DNA from: an uncultured bacterium
GTDB taxonomy: Bacteria; Zhuqueibacterota; QNDG01; DTFT01
NCBI GenBank assembly: GCA_963736115.1
Contig: CAVTNR010000003.1
Coordinates: 64,001-128,000, forward strand
Length of the DNA stretch: 64,000 nt
Direction of reading: 5' to 3'
The position numbers were made by a program, and so were the translations under genes. Numbering within the stretch: position 1 is the stretch's first letter; every line of letters starts with the position of its first letter. Of this stretch, positions 28,026 to 35,972 are shown one piece after another. The notes under the pieces were generated by a model. That model did no database searches. It saw only the letters and a list, made by a program, of their open reading frames with translations, and was not told where the DNA came from.

Positions 28026-28670
28026 ATGGATAATTTAATCGATACTTTGAAGACTTGCTGGTCCGGCCTAATCAAATCCGTTCAGCCACGAATCCAGCTG
28101 TTGAGATCTTTTGACCAGCGCGAACACAGCTATCTTGGCTACAATCTTTGCATAGAGGGAGAATGCGGCGGGCAAACAGGTGAATTTGTTGTTGCTGTCG
28201 GTCCGGGAGCTCATGAGAAGCATAAATTTAAGGCAGGCATGCGATTAAGCGGCCTTTCGATACCGATCCAGGATTCAACGATGGAAATGGCCGGGTACTA
28301 TAAAACGAGTGGTATTAAAATTCTTGAAAAACCTTTGGATAATGTTCCAGAAGGTCCTCCATTCCTCGGCATCCCGCCGAGCCTGGAGACATATCGGACT
28401 CGCGGTCATCTGCGGCTCGACAGCCGTACATACGATTCCAAATGCACAACGTGCATCTGGGGTTGCAGGATGCCTGTCGAAATGATCATCGACCATTGGA
28501 ATCCTTCGCAAGTTGAATACCGGCTGGAGACATTCTGCTACGGGCCCAAGAGTTGCCGGTTTTACAAAGCTGGGCCGCTTCGTCGGGTGCCGGGCCGAAG
28601 AGGGATGTCGTATACGGAGGAAGACTGGGTGGATGAGATGGACACAGAACGTCTCGGGCAGGATGAGTGA
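28026..28670 (+). CDS. Hypothetical protein with Cys cluster
   Basis: GGAG upstream of ATG 28026; CTTCIWGC and FCYGPKSC motifs; lower GC than flanking genes. Confidence 0.7.
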   Translation: MDNLIDTLKTCWSGLIKSVQPRIQLLRSFDQREHSYLGYNLCIEGECGGQTGEFVVAVGPGAHEKHKFKAGMRLSGLSIPIQDSTMEMAGYYKTSGIKILEKPLDNVPEGPPFLGIPPSLETYRTRGHLRLDSRTYDSKCTTCIWGCRMPVEMIIDHWNPSQVEYRLETFCYGPKSCRFYKAGPLRRVPGRRGMSYTEEDWVDEMDTERLGQDE

Positions 28671-28704
28671 AATTGCTCTAAAGGTAAGAAAAACCGAATC
28701 AGCT

Positions 28705-28769
28705 GAGATTGCCACGGCCCGTCCCCGGATCAAGTCCGGGGCTAGCCTATGGACGGACCTCGCAATGAC
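28705..28769. repeat. GAGATTGC..CTCGCAATGAC palindromic element with nested hairpin
   Basis: Same ends as 31113-31151 and 35925-35971; contains CCCCGGATCAAGTCCGGGG. Confidence 0.75.
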
Positions 28770-28842
28770 TACCGTTTGAAGCTCCGGACGATCATGAAGA
28801 TGAAATAAAATTATAGCCTCAATTTTGTGTAATGAGAACAAT

Positions 28843-29047
28843 TGAATCTGTCAGCGAGCGCATTCCCCGCGGCCCGCTTCGCGGGATCAAGCTGTTTTAT
28901 GGTTGCATTATTGAAGACTTGCCGCGGGGTTAGCGAGCGAATATCAGATGTCTCTTCTCTACAGATAGAAGATTCCCCGCCGCTTGCCTTCAATCAGAAG
29001 GCATATAATAGCTCGGTCCCGCGCAGCGGGACGGCGGGGAGCTTCAA
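28843..29047. mobile_element. MITE-like non-coding palindromic element
   Basis: First 27 nt are identical to 59367-59393; shared right end CCCGCGCAGCGGG(A)CGGCGGGGAGCTTCAA; internal inverted segments. Confidence 0.6.
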
Positions 29048-29116
29048 TTAACTTACACGTTAGCTTTCATTCTGAAACAGCACCTATTTTCAAAAATTTA
29101 ATGATCGGAGGAGTAA

Positions 29117-29362
29117 ATGGAGAAAAAAATATTAAAAGGATTATCCGACGAAGAATTGAAACAAGAAGTAAAAAAAGGTAAACAAAGAAACCTTTATGAT
29201 GCTGTATTCTTAGGTGTATTGATTGGGATTGCAGCTTATAGTTCCGTAAAAAATGGATTAGGTTTGTTAACTTTTCTTCCCTTAGTCTATCTACCTATAG
29301 CTGTTAAGAATAATAAAAAAACCAAGGAAGTGGATAAATTATTAAAAGAAAGGAATTTATAA
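29117..29362 (+). CDS. Small two-TM membrane protein, very AT-rich
   Basis: RBS GGAGG; LSDEELKQE followed by two hydrophobic helices; GC far below the window average. Confidence 0.75.
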   Translation: MEKKILKGLSDEELKQEVKKGKQRNLYDAVFLGVLIGIAAYSSVKNGLGLLTFLPLVYLPIAVKNNKKTKEVDKLLKERNL

Positions 29363-29487
29363 TAAAGAAATAGCGGACGGGTGGCCATGATGTTGGGTAA
29401 AGATAATAATTCGCCCGGGATTGAGAAATCCTGGACGATCTTCCGTTTGTAACCAAGCATAGATAGCTTTCGTATCATGAATGTACA

Positions 29488-29517
29488 GTAGGGGCGACGC
29501 TGCCACGTCGCCCCTGC
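29488..29517. repeat. GTAG-type REP palindrome
   Basis: GTAGGGGCGACG-CTGCCA-CGTCGCCCCTGC. Confidence 0.7.
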
Positions 29518-29572
29518 TAATACACCATAAGACCAAGCATCGTATCGAACCCGTTCCTGGAGACTTTTATTA

Positions 29573-31108
29573 ATGAACACAGAGAGCAATCCCTCGCGAC
29601 GAAAAGCTGTAATCGTCTTGCTCATCCTCATGGCCGCCAAGGTCGTGCTGCAGCTCTTTCTCAATAGCCGGGCCGGACTGCACAGGGATGAGTACTTGTA
29701 TCTCGCATTCGCGGATCACATGGACTGGGGCTATGTGTCCGTGCCGCCTATGATCGGTGCATTTTCATGGATCATCCAGAACGTGTTCACGGCCTCTCCG
29801 TTCTGGGTGCGGTTTTTCCCGGTTCTGGCGAGCCTGGCAACCATGGGACTGATGGGATGGATAGTTCTGGAACTGGGCGGAGGGACAATCGCCATGCTTC
29901 TGTCAGGCCTGGCATTCATGTTTTCAGTCTCCTATCTGCGAACAGCCGGGCTGTTCATGCCTGTGGTATTCGACATTCTGCTCTGGACCGGCCTCATTTT
30001 CCTATTCGTCAAATGGATGAAGACGCGTGAACCGAAATGGTGGGCCCTGATTTTTCCCCTGGCAGGCCTCGCGTTTCTCAACAAGTACATGATCGCGCCA
30101 CTCGTGCTCAGTCTGGTGATTGCCGCGTTTTTAACAAAGGACAGAAAACAGGTTTTTTCAAAGTATGGGCTTGCAGGAATTGGCATCGCTTTGCTCATCG
30201 TGCTTCCCAATATCCTCTGGCAATTCAAACACCATCTTCCGGTATTGGAGCATATGGCGGCCTTGAACGCCACGCAGCTCAAGAACGTGAACCGGCTGGC
30301 CTTTCTGATCGATCAACTGCTGATGAGCCCCTCCGGTGTGTGGGTGTGGATCGCGGGCCTGGCAGCGCTTCTCGTTTCCCCGAGATGGAAACAGTTCAGG
30401 CCTTTCGGATGGGCCTGCCTGATTGTTATCTTCATCATGATGGCCCTGCGCGGCAAGAGTTACTATACTTTAGGGTTGTATCCCGCTCTTTTCGCTTTCG
30501 GAGCAGTTGCTCTGGAGCGGATGCACGGCTGGAAGGGCCGGATTTTCCGGAGCGTGGCTGTGGTGTTCGCTTTGGTACTGGCGTTTCCCCTGATTCCTTT
30601 CGCGATGCCCGTGCTTTCACCTCCGGCCATGGCGAAATATGCCAAATCCATCGGATCGCCGGGTCTGACCTGGGAGGACGGAAAGAACCACGCGATTCCG
30701 CAGGATTTCGCGGACATGATGGTGTGGGACGAAATCGGCCGGAAGGTGCGGGACGTGTGGATGGGGCTGGATGAAGATGTCCGGAAGGACGCGGTGATTT
30801 ACGCGGACAATTACGGCCAGGCCGGATCGATCCGGCTTTACGGCAGGCGGGACGGGGTTCCGGAGGCGGTCTCGTTCTCTGATAATTTCATGCTCTGGGC
30901 CCCGGACAGCCTGAAGTTAAAAACCCTGATTGCTGTTTATACAGACACCCTTCATTTCGGAAGTTATTTTAAACGTGCTGAAAAAGTGGCGGTGTTCGAC
31001 AATCCGTATTTTCGGGAGTACGCGACATCGGTATGGATCTACACCGAGCCGGAGCCGAAGTTGTTCCGGGAATATAAAGAATGGATCAGTAGAAGGAGGG
31101 GGGAGTAA
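29573..31108 (+). CDS. GT39/ArnT-PMT family membrane glycosyltransferase
   Basis: LHRDEYLY..DWGYVSVPP, multiple TMs, LAFLNKY, PNILWQ, GKSYY, DFADM, NYGQAG. Confidence 0.85.
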   Translation: MNTESNPSRRKAVIVLLILMAAKVVLQLFLNSRAGLHRDEYLYLAFADHMDWGYVSVPPMIGAFSWIIQNVFTASPFWVRFFPVLASLATMGLMGWIVLELGGGTIAMLLSGLAFMFSVSYLRTAGLFMPVVFDILLWTGLIFLFVKWMKTREPKWWALIFPLAGLAFLNKYMIAPLVLSLVIAAFLTKDRKQVFSKYGLAGIGIALLIVLPNILWQFKHHLPVLEHMAALNATQLKNVNRLAFLIDQLLMSPSGVWVWIAGLAALLVSPRWKQFRPFGWACLIVIFIMMALRGKSYYTLGLYPALFAFGAVALERMHGWKGRIFRSVAVVFALVLAFPLIPFAMPVLSPPAMAKYAKSIGSPGLTWEDGKNHAIPQDFADMMVWDEIGRKVRDVWMGLDEDVRKDAVIYADNYGQAGSIRLYGRRDGVPEAVSFSDNFMLWAPDSLKLKTLIAVYTDTLHFGSYFKRAEKVAVFDNPYFREYATSVWIYTEPEPKLFREYKEWISRRRGE

Positions 31109-31112
31109 ATCC

Positions 31113-31151
31113 GAGATTGCTTCGGCCCGCGGCAGCGGGCCTCGCAATGAC
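31113..31151. repeat. GAGATTGC..CTCGCAATGAC palindromic element
   Basis: GAGATTGCTTCGGCCCGCGGCAGCGGGCCTCGCAATGAC, 4 nt after the GT39 stop. Confidence 0.75.
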
Positions 31152-31229
31152 ATATTTCTCTCCCCGCAGGGGCTCCTGCCCCTGCGATCGCCGCGCGGAG
31201 GGACATTGTTCAAACCGAGGGATGAAGGA

Positions 31230-32042
31230 TCACCCTTCCAGTTCAACCAGCCATTTTTGTAAAAACGTTTTCGTTGCTGCAGTCGCCTCTCTGCCGGCCC
31301 TGAAACACAGCTTCCAGTCATGTGACTTGGCTTCGTAATCCTCGACCGCAAAGATCCACACCGCATTTTTTTTAATCAGTTTCGCGTTGAAATCCACGTC
31401 CGCGCTCATGGCGAGGAATTCCCGGATGCGGACTGCGATCAGCTTTTTCGGATTTTCAGGGAAATCGCGGTTCCATGCGGCCAGAGCTTCTTCGTATTCG
31501 CTCCTGCCTGAGCTACCCTGGTTCTTGAGCATTTGGCCGATCATTTCCCTCTGGGACGGGTCTTTCTCCATTGTCGTGATCTGATCGATCATCTGTTTAA
31601 AACCGGCCTCGAGTGTTTTCTTTGTCTCAGCATCCATGGAAGCCATTGCCTTGCGTGATTCCGCAAACTGCGCTTCCAGGTCCTTTTTCTGGCCCGCGAA
31701 ATAGGCATCCACGGTTTGCGCGGCTTTCGGAGGCTCCGGTTTGTTTTCATTGCGGATGGAGGCATACTTTGCGGTGAATTCAGAGGAAGCCGAATAGGAC
31801 CGGATCCAGGTCAGGCCTGATTTCACGATTCCGGCCCTGTCTCCTGTAGCGAGGGCTTTGAAGGTGCCGAACGCATCCCGGTGATAAGCCCTGCCGGTGC
31901 GGAGCATGTCCAGAACGGCTTCGCCCGCGTCAGCAGGCGTGATCTTCAACCGAGACAGCGCGTCAGTGCTGGTCTGGGTCAGAGCGGTTCCTATGATCCC
32001 AAAAATGAGAATGGGCAGAATGCGGAATCGGTTTTTCGTCAT
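31230..32042 (-). CDS. Hypothetical exported helical protein
   Basis: Signal peptide; coiled-coil middle; C-terminal VDFNAKL..WKLCFRAGREAT. Confidence 0.7.
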   Translation of the reverse strand: MTKNRFRILPILIFGIIGTALTQTSTDALSRLKITPADAGEAVLDMLRTGRAYHRDAFGTFKALATGDRAGIVKSGLTWIRSYSASSEFTAKYASIRNENKPEPPKAAQTVDAYFAGQKKDLEAQFAESRKAMASMDAETKKTLEAGFKQMIDQITTMEKDPSQREMIGQMLKNQGSSGRSEYEEALAAWNRDFPENPKKLIAVRIREFLAMSADVDFNAKLIKKNAVWIFAVEDYEAKSHDWKLCFRAGREATAATKTFLQKWLVELEG

Positions 32043-32167
32043 GCGAGGGGCCTTTCGCCTCTTTCGGGCTTCTTGTAGTTGTATTCTGGATCGAAATCGA
32101 TTTTTCCGAAAAGCGATATGATTTCCAGCTTCTTTTTAAGGGCGTTTGAGTTCATTGATTGTCCGTA

Positions 32168-32506
32168 TTACAAATCCAAAACAAGATGCAACCCTTCCTC
32201 AACCTTCTTCATCGCGCGTTTTTCGATCGCACCGACGCATTCCGTCAGGAATGACTTGTCCAGCGTAATGATCTGTGAAACGTTTACAACGGAAGGTCGC
32301 GGTAGATTTGTTTCGGTCTCGCGCAGCAAGACATTCCCCGGAGCCTCCGCCAGTCTGATGTTGGAAGAGACCACGGCGCATACGACGGTGCTGATGCGAC
32401 TTCGGTTGAACGCATCGGATTGAAGAACCAGAACGGGCCTTCGATATCCGGGTTCGGAGCCGGAGGGCTCGGGTATCTCCGCCCACCAGATCTCGCCCCT
32501 CACCAT
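32168..32506 (-). CDS. mazF: PemK/MazF family toxin
   Basis: RGEIWWA..P.GSEPGYRRPVLVLQSD.FN..SVVNVSQIITLDK. Confidence 0.92.
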   Translation of the reverse strand: MVRGEIWWAEIPEPSGSEPGYRRPVLVLQSDAFNRSRISTVVCAVVSSNIRLAEAPGNVLLRETETNLPRPSVVNVSQIITLDKSFLTECVGAIEKRAMKKVEEGLHLVLDL

Positions 32507-32742
32507 TACCAGGTTTCCCGCTCAATGGATTTCGCCTGCATCCGGGCTATACGATCGTCCAGTCTGTCCGTTGAATCGGAATAAATACCGTTCAGCGTCT
32601 CGGTGATTTGCGCAGGATTCCGATGAGCAAGAAACGACTCTATTGCCAGCGCAAAGAATCTGCTCCTGGAAACACCGATGGCTTTTGCTGTTCTCTCCGC
32701 GCGTCTGAACAGCGCGTCTGGAATGGATATGGCTGTTTTCAT
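32506..32742 (-). CDS. Ribbon-helix-helix antitoxin (ChpI/CopG-like)
   Basis: MKTAISIPDALF..A..IGVSRS..F..AI; TAATG overlap with the toxin start. Confidence 0.85.
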   Translation of the reverse strand: MKTAISIPDALFRRAERTAKAIGVSRSRFFALAIESFLAHRNPAQITETLNGIYSDSTDRLDDRIARMQAKSIERETW

Positions 32743-32749
32743 AAATGAA

Positions 32750-32767
32750 GTATAATAAAAGTTATAC
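32750..32767. promoter_or_regulatory. Putative TA autoregulatory operator overlapping the -10 region
   Basis: GTATAA-6 nt-TTATAC inverted repeat 7 nt upstream of the antitoxin ATG. Confidence 0.55.
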
Positions 32768-32834
32768 CCAAAATCAAGCTGTTTTTCTGAGAGTAAGACC
32801 CCCGCCAAAAAATCGCGAGGGTGACATTAAAAAA

Positions 32835-32872
32835 AAACCTCCCGCAGGCTTTTAACCGTCCGCGGGAGGTTT
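32835..32872. repeat. AACCTCCCGC..GCGGGAGGTT palindrome (possible terminator of the AlaX gene)
   Basis: Copy of 27766-27801, flanked by an A-run on the left. Confidence 0.7.
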
Positions 32873-32960
32873 GAAATACAGGCGCTCGGGCCTTTCATGG
32901 ATGAAACCCTGAAGGGTGAATTCCATCCGGGATGACCACATGCGACGCGGCGCGTCGCCC

Positions 32961-34163
32961 CTATGACCCCAATAAATCAAGCGCTTTGGCCATAGCCGCC
33001 TCTGCCAGATCCGTGCGGTCGGAACTGCACTGCGCCCAGTTGGGGGAGCCGCCGCCTTTGCCGTTCAGGACCTCGGCCGCGGCCTTCTGCAACTCCCTCA
33101 TGTCCGCTTTCACGTCCGATGACCGGCCGAAGAATAGGGTGGCACGGTCTCCGACTGCCGCGAGAATAGCGACCATTCCAGGAGAGGAAACGATCTTCCG
33201 GCCGAGGTTCTGCACTTCCTGAACGTCCCTGTCCTTGAACAGAGCCGAGACCAGCCTGCAGGAGCCTGTTTCGACAGCAGACGCGGTCATTCGTCCCGCC
33301 TCCGCTGCAAGTACTTCGTCCAGAAGCGCGACGATCCGCTTTTCCGCGGACTTCTTTTCATCCCGCCACTTCAGAATGATCGGCTCGATTTCACTCTCGC
33401 CCGCTGTCAGAAGACGGGAAAGGGATTTCACCAGCCCGGACTTGGCCTGAAAATCTCTGAGCGCCCGCGAACCGCAGGCGAAATGGACCCGGGTGCCTGA
33501 CTTGTATTTTTCCCATTGCAGAATCTTGATCAGTCCGATTTCTCCCGTGGCCCGGACATGCGTGCCGCAGCACAGGGACCAGTCATAGTCCGCGATTTCG
33601 ATGAGCCGGACGTCTCCGGACAGGTCTGGCTTCTTGCGCAGAGGAATGGAATCCAAATCCGCCGCGGACCGAACTGAGATGCGGAGCGGCCTGTTTTCGA
33701 ATACGATCCGGTTCGCCTCTTTTTCGACGTCCAGTACGGCCTGGTCGGACAAATCGGATACGGCCACGTCTATGGTCGATTCATCCGACCCGAGATGAAA
33801 GCTCACCGTATCCGCTCCCAGAACGCGGACAAATGCCTGGGAAAGAAGGTGCTGACCCGAGTGCTGCTGCATGTGGTCGAAACGGCGTTCCCAGTCCACG
33901 ACACCTCGGACTTTATCCCCGGGTTTGAATGAGGCGACTTCCATGAGATGGGAAATTCGGCCATCCGTTTCAGTCACAGATCGGACGGGGAGGCCGTTCA
34001 GGGTGCCGTGGTCGCAAGGCTGGCCCCCACCTTCGGGGTAGAAACAGGTCTCTTTTAGCACGACGCCCTGACCTTGAGGCAGGGCGTCTGTTGCCAAGAC
34101 GAGGGTTTCGAATTCCTTCAGGTACGGGTCGGATTCGAACCGTTTCAGCGTTTCAGCCGGCAT
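32961..34163 (-). CDS. Alanyl-tRNA editing protein (AlaX-L, with DHHA1 domain)
   Basis: FYPEGGGQPCD, RRFDHMQQHSGQHLLS, CCGTHV..TGEIG, GKGGG. Confidence 0.9.
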   Translation of the reverse strand: MPAETLKRFESDPYLKEFETLVLATDALPQGQGVVLKETCFYPEGGGQPCDHGTLNGLPVRSVTETDGRISHLMEVASFKPGDKVRGVVDWERRFDHMQQHSGQHLLSQAFVRVLGADTVSFHLGSDESTIDVAVSDLSDQAVLDVEKEANRIVFENRPLRISVRSAADLDSIPLRKKPDLSGDVRLIEIADYDWSLCCGTHVRATGEIGLIKILQWEKYKSGTRVHFACGSRALRDFQAKSGLVKSLSRLLTAGESEIEPIILKWRDEKKSAEKRIVALLDEVLAAEAGRMTASAVETGSCRLVSALFKDRDVQEVQNLGRKIVSSPGMVAILAAVGDRATLFFGRSSDVKADMRELQKAAAEVLNGKGGGSPNWAQCSSDRTDLAEAAMAKALDLLGS

Positions 34164-35904
34164 GGGCCTCCAGAAAGCGGATGGTTTCTTCGGGAGACTT
34201 GAACCCGGTGAAACGGCCTAGTTCCTTCCCGTCCGGGGTCATGACCAGTACAGTGGGCATACCTACGATTCTGTATTTTTTCTGCAGTGCTTTTACCGAT
34301 TCAGTGTTCCGTGTCATGTCCAGCCGGAGGGGCACGAATCCCTTCAGTGCAGCGAGAACCGAGGGATCGGGCCATGTTTTTTCATCCAGCTCATGACAGG
34401 CCGCGCACCAGTCCGCGGCGAAGTCCACGATGATGGGCATGGACATGGCGGCCGCGACAGCGAATGCCGCGTCCTCTGAATCGAGCCATTCCGGGCCCTG
34501 CGACAGTGGGGTTGTCCGTCCGGAATCCGAAACCACGACAGTCCGCCCTGTCCTTCCAGTAATCGCTGAATAGAGGACAATCGCTCCGGTAAGGACGAGA
34601 AGAACGGCCGCGGCTTTGAGGATTTTATTCCGCGGCGGATCCGACTTGTCTGTCGGAGTGAAGGCTCCGAGAAAGGTGCCCAGCACCACCAGGTAAACGG
34701 CCCAGAGGCAGGCGTACACGAAGGGGGAGAGAACCGGTTTGACGAACACAACGGCCAGAGTGACGAGCAGGATGCCGAATCCCCTTTCAATCAGTTCCAT
34801 CCAGAGCCCGGACTTCGGGAGTGCCTTCAAAGCGCCGGAGAATGTTCCGATCAGAACGAACAGAACCCCGAGCCCCCAGGCAAAGGAGAAGAGAAGGCCG
34901 AAACCGAGAAGTAGGGAACCCTTTTTCGCCACCCAGGCCAGGATGACGACCAGCAGGGGGCTGATGCAGGGCGACACGATGAGGCCCGAGACAATACCCG
35001 TGAGAAATGCGCCGAGAAATCCTCTTTTCTTTTTTCCGCGCAGTTTGGACGCGACAGCCGGCGGCATCTGGATGGTGAAGGCGCCCAGCATGGAAAGGCC
35101 CATGGCCAGGAAGAGCGCGGCGATGAACACGGTCACGGCCGGATGGCTCATGAGGGAGCCGAACAGGGATCCGGTCTTGGCCGCGGCCATGCCGAGAACG
35201 GAAAACGTGATGGATATACCGAGCACGTAAAAGAGGGAGAGTACGAATCCACTCCACCTGCGGCCGCCCGTGGCCTGGGCGCCGATCACGGCCATGGTGA
35301 TCGGGATCATGGGATACACGCAGGGCGTGAATGAAGTCAGCAGTCCGCCGAGAAACACGAGCAGAAGGGCTGTCCACGATCCCTTTTCCAGCGCGTCCGC
35401 CACGCGGCCCGTGATATCCTTTTTTTCACCATCCGGACCTGTGGGCGCAGACTCTCCAGGCTCAGCAACAGTCAGTGTGGTCTCGGCCCGTATGTCTTCT
35501 GGAGGAAAGCAGACACCCTGGGTTTCCCCGCACTGCTGAATCGTGACAATAGCCGCGATCGTCCGTTCGCCCGCGGACGCGTCCGGGAGAACCTGCAGGG
35601 GGATCTCTACGCGGACGAGTCCCTTGTACACTTTGCCGAACTTGTCCGGCTCGCCTTCTGGATATTTCGGAGCGGAGAAAACTACGCCCGGAACCGAATC
35701 CGGGACAACTGAAAAAAGGCCGTCTCCGGGGGCAGTGACATGGTATCCCTCGGAGAGTGACACCTGCACAATTGCCTTCCCGTTTCCGGGCGCTGGAATG
35801 GAGGACGGTTCAACGGTCATTCGGACGACGTACGCGCCCTGGCTGAATACGGTGGCGGTCCAGAAAAGCGGGAGAAGGATGAATCGGATCAATCGGGAAG
35901 TCAT
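34153..35904 (-). CDS. dsbD: Protein-disulfide reductase DsbD
   Basis: N-domain QQCGE..CFPP, TM domain SFTPCVYPMIP and VSPCISP, thioredoxin domain FAADWCAAC. Confidence 0.9.
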   Translation of the reverse strand: MTSRLIRFILLPLFWTATVFSQGAYVVRMTVEPSSIPAPGNGKAIVQVSLSEGYHVTAPGDGLFSVVPDSVPGVVFSAPKYPEGEPDKFGKVYKGLVRVEIPLQVLPDASAGERTIAAIVTIQQCGETQGVCFPPEDIRAETTLTVAEPGESAPTGPDGEKKDITGRVADALEKGSWTALLLVFLGGLLTSFTPCVYPMIPITMAVIGAQATGGRRWSGFVLSLFYVLGISITFSVLGMAAAKTGSLFGSLMSHPAVTVFIAALFLAMGLSMLGAFTIQMPPAVASKLRGKKKRGFLGAFLTGIVSGLIVSPCISPLLVVILAWVAKKGSLLLGFGLLFSFAWGLGVLFVLIGTFSGALKALPKSGLWMELIERGFGILLVTLAVVFVKPVLSPFVYACLWAVYLVVLGTFLGAFTPTDKSDPPRNKILKAAAVLLVLTGAIVLYSAITGRTGRTVVVSDSGRTTPLSQGPEWLDSEDAAFAVAAAMSMPIIVDFAADWCAACHELDEKTWPDPSVLAALKGFVPLRLDMTRNTESVKALQKKYRIVGMPTVLVMTPDGKELGRFTGFKSPEETIRFLEAHAG

Positions 35905-35924
35905 AGGGACCTCTTTGAATTATT

Positions 35925-35971
35925 AGATTGCCACGCCCCGTTCCGGAAGCCGGAACGGGGCTCGCAATGAC
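35925..35971. repeat. AGATTGC..CTCGCAATGAC palindromic element
   Basis: AGATTGCCACGCCCCGTTCCGG-AAG-CCGGAACGGGGCTCGCAATGAC. Confidence 0.75.
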
Positions 35972-35972
35972 A

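Noticed and set aside
32168-32742. TA pair as marker of a prophage or genomic island
   Set aside because: No integrase, phage genes or att repeats seen; it looks like an ordinary solitary chromosomal TA module.
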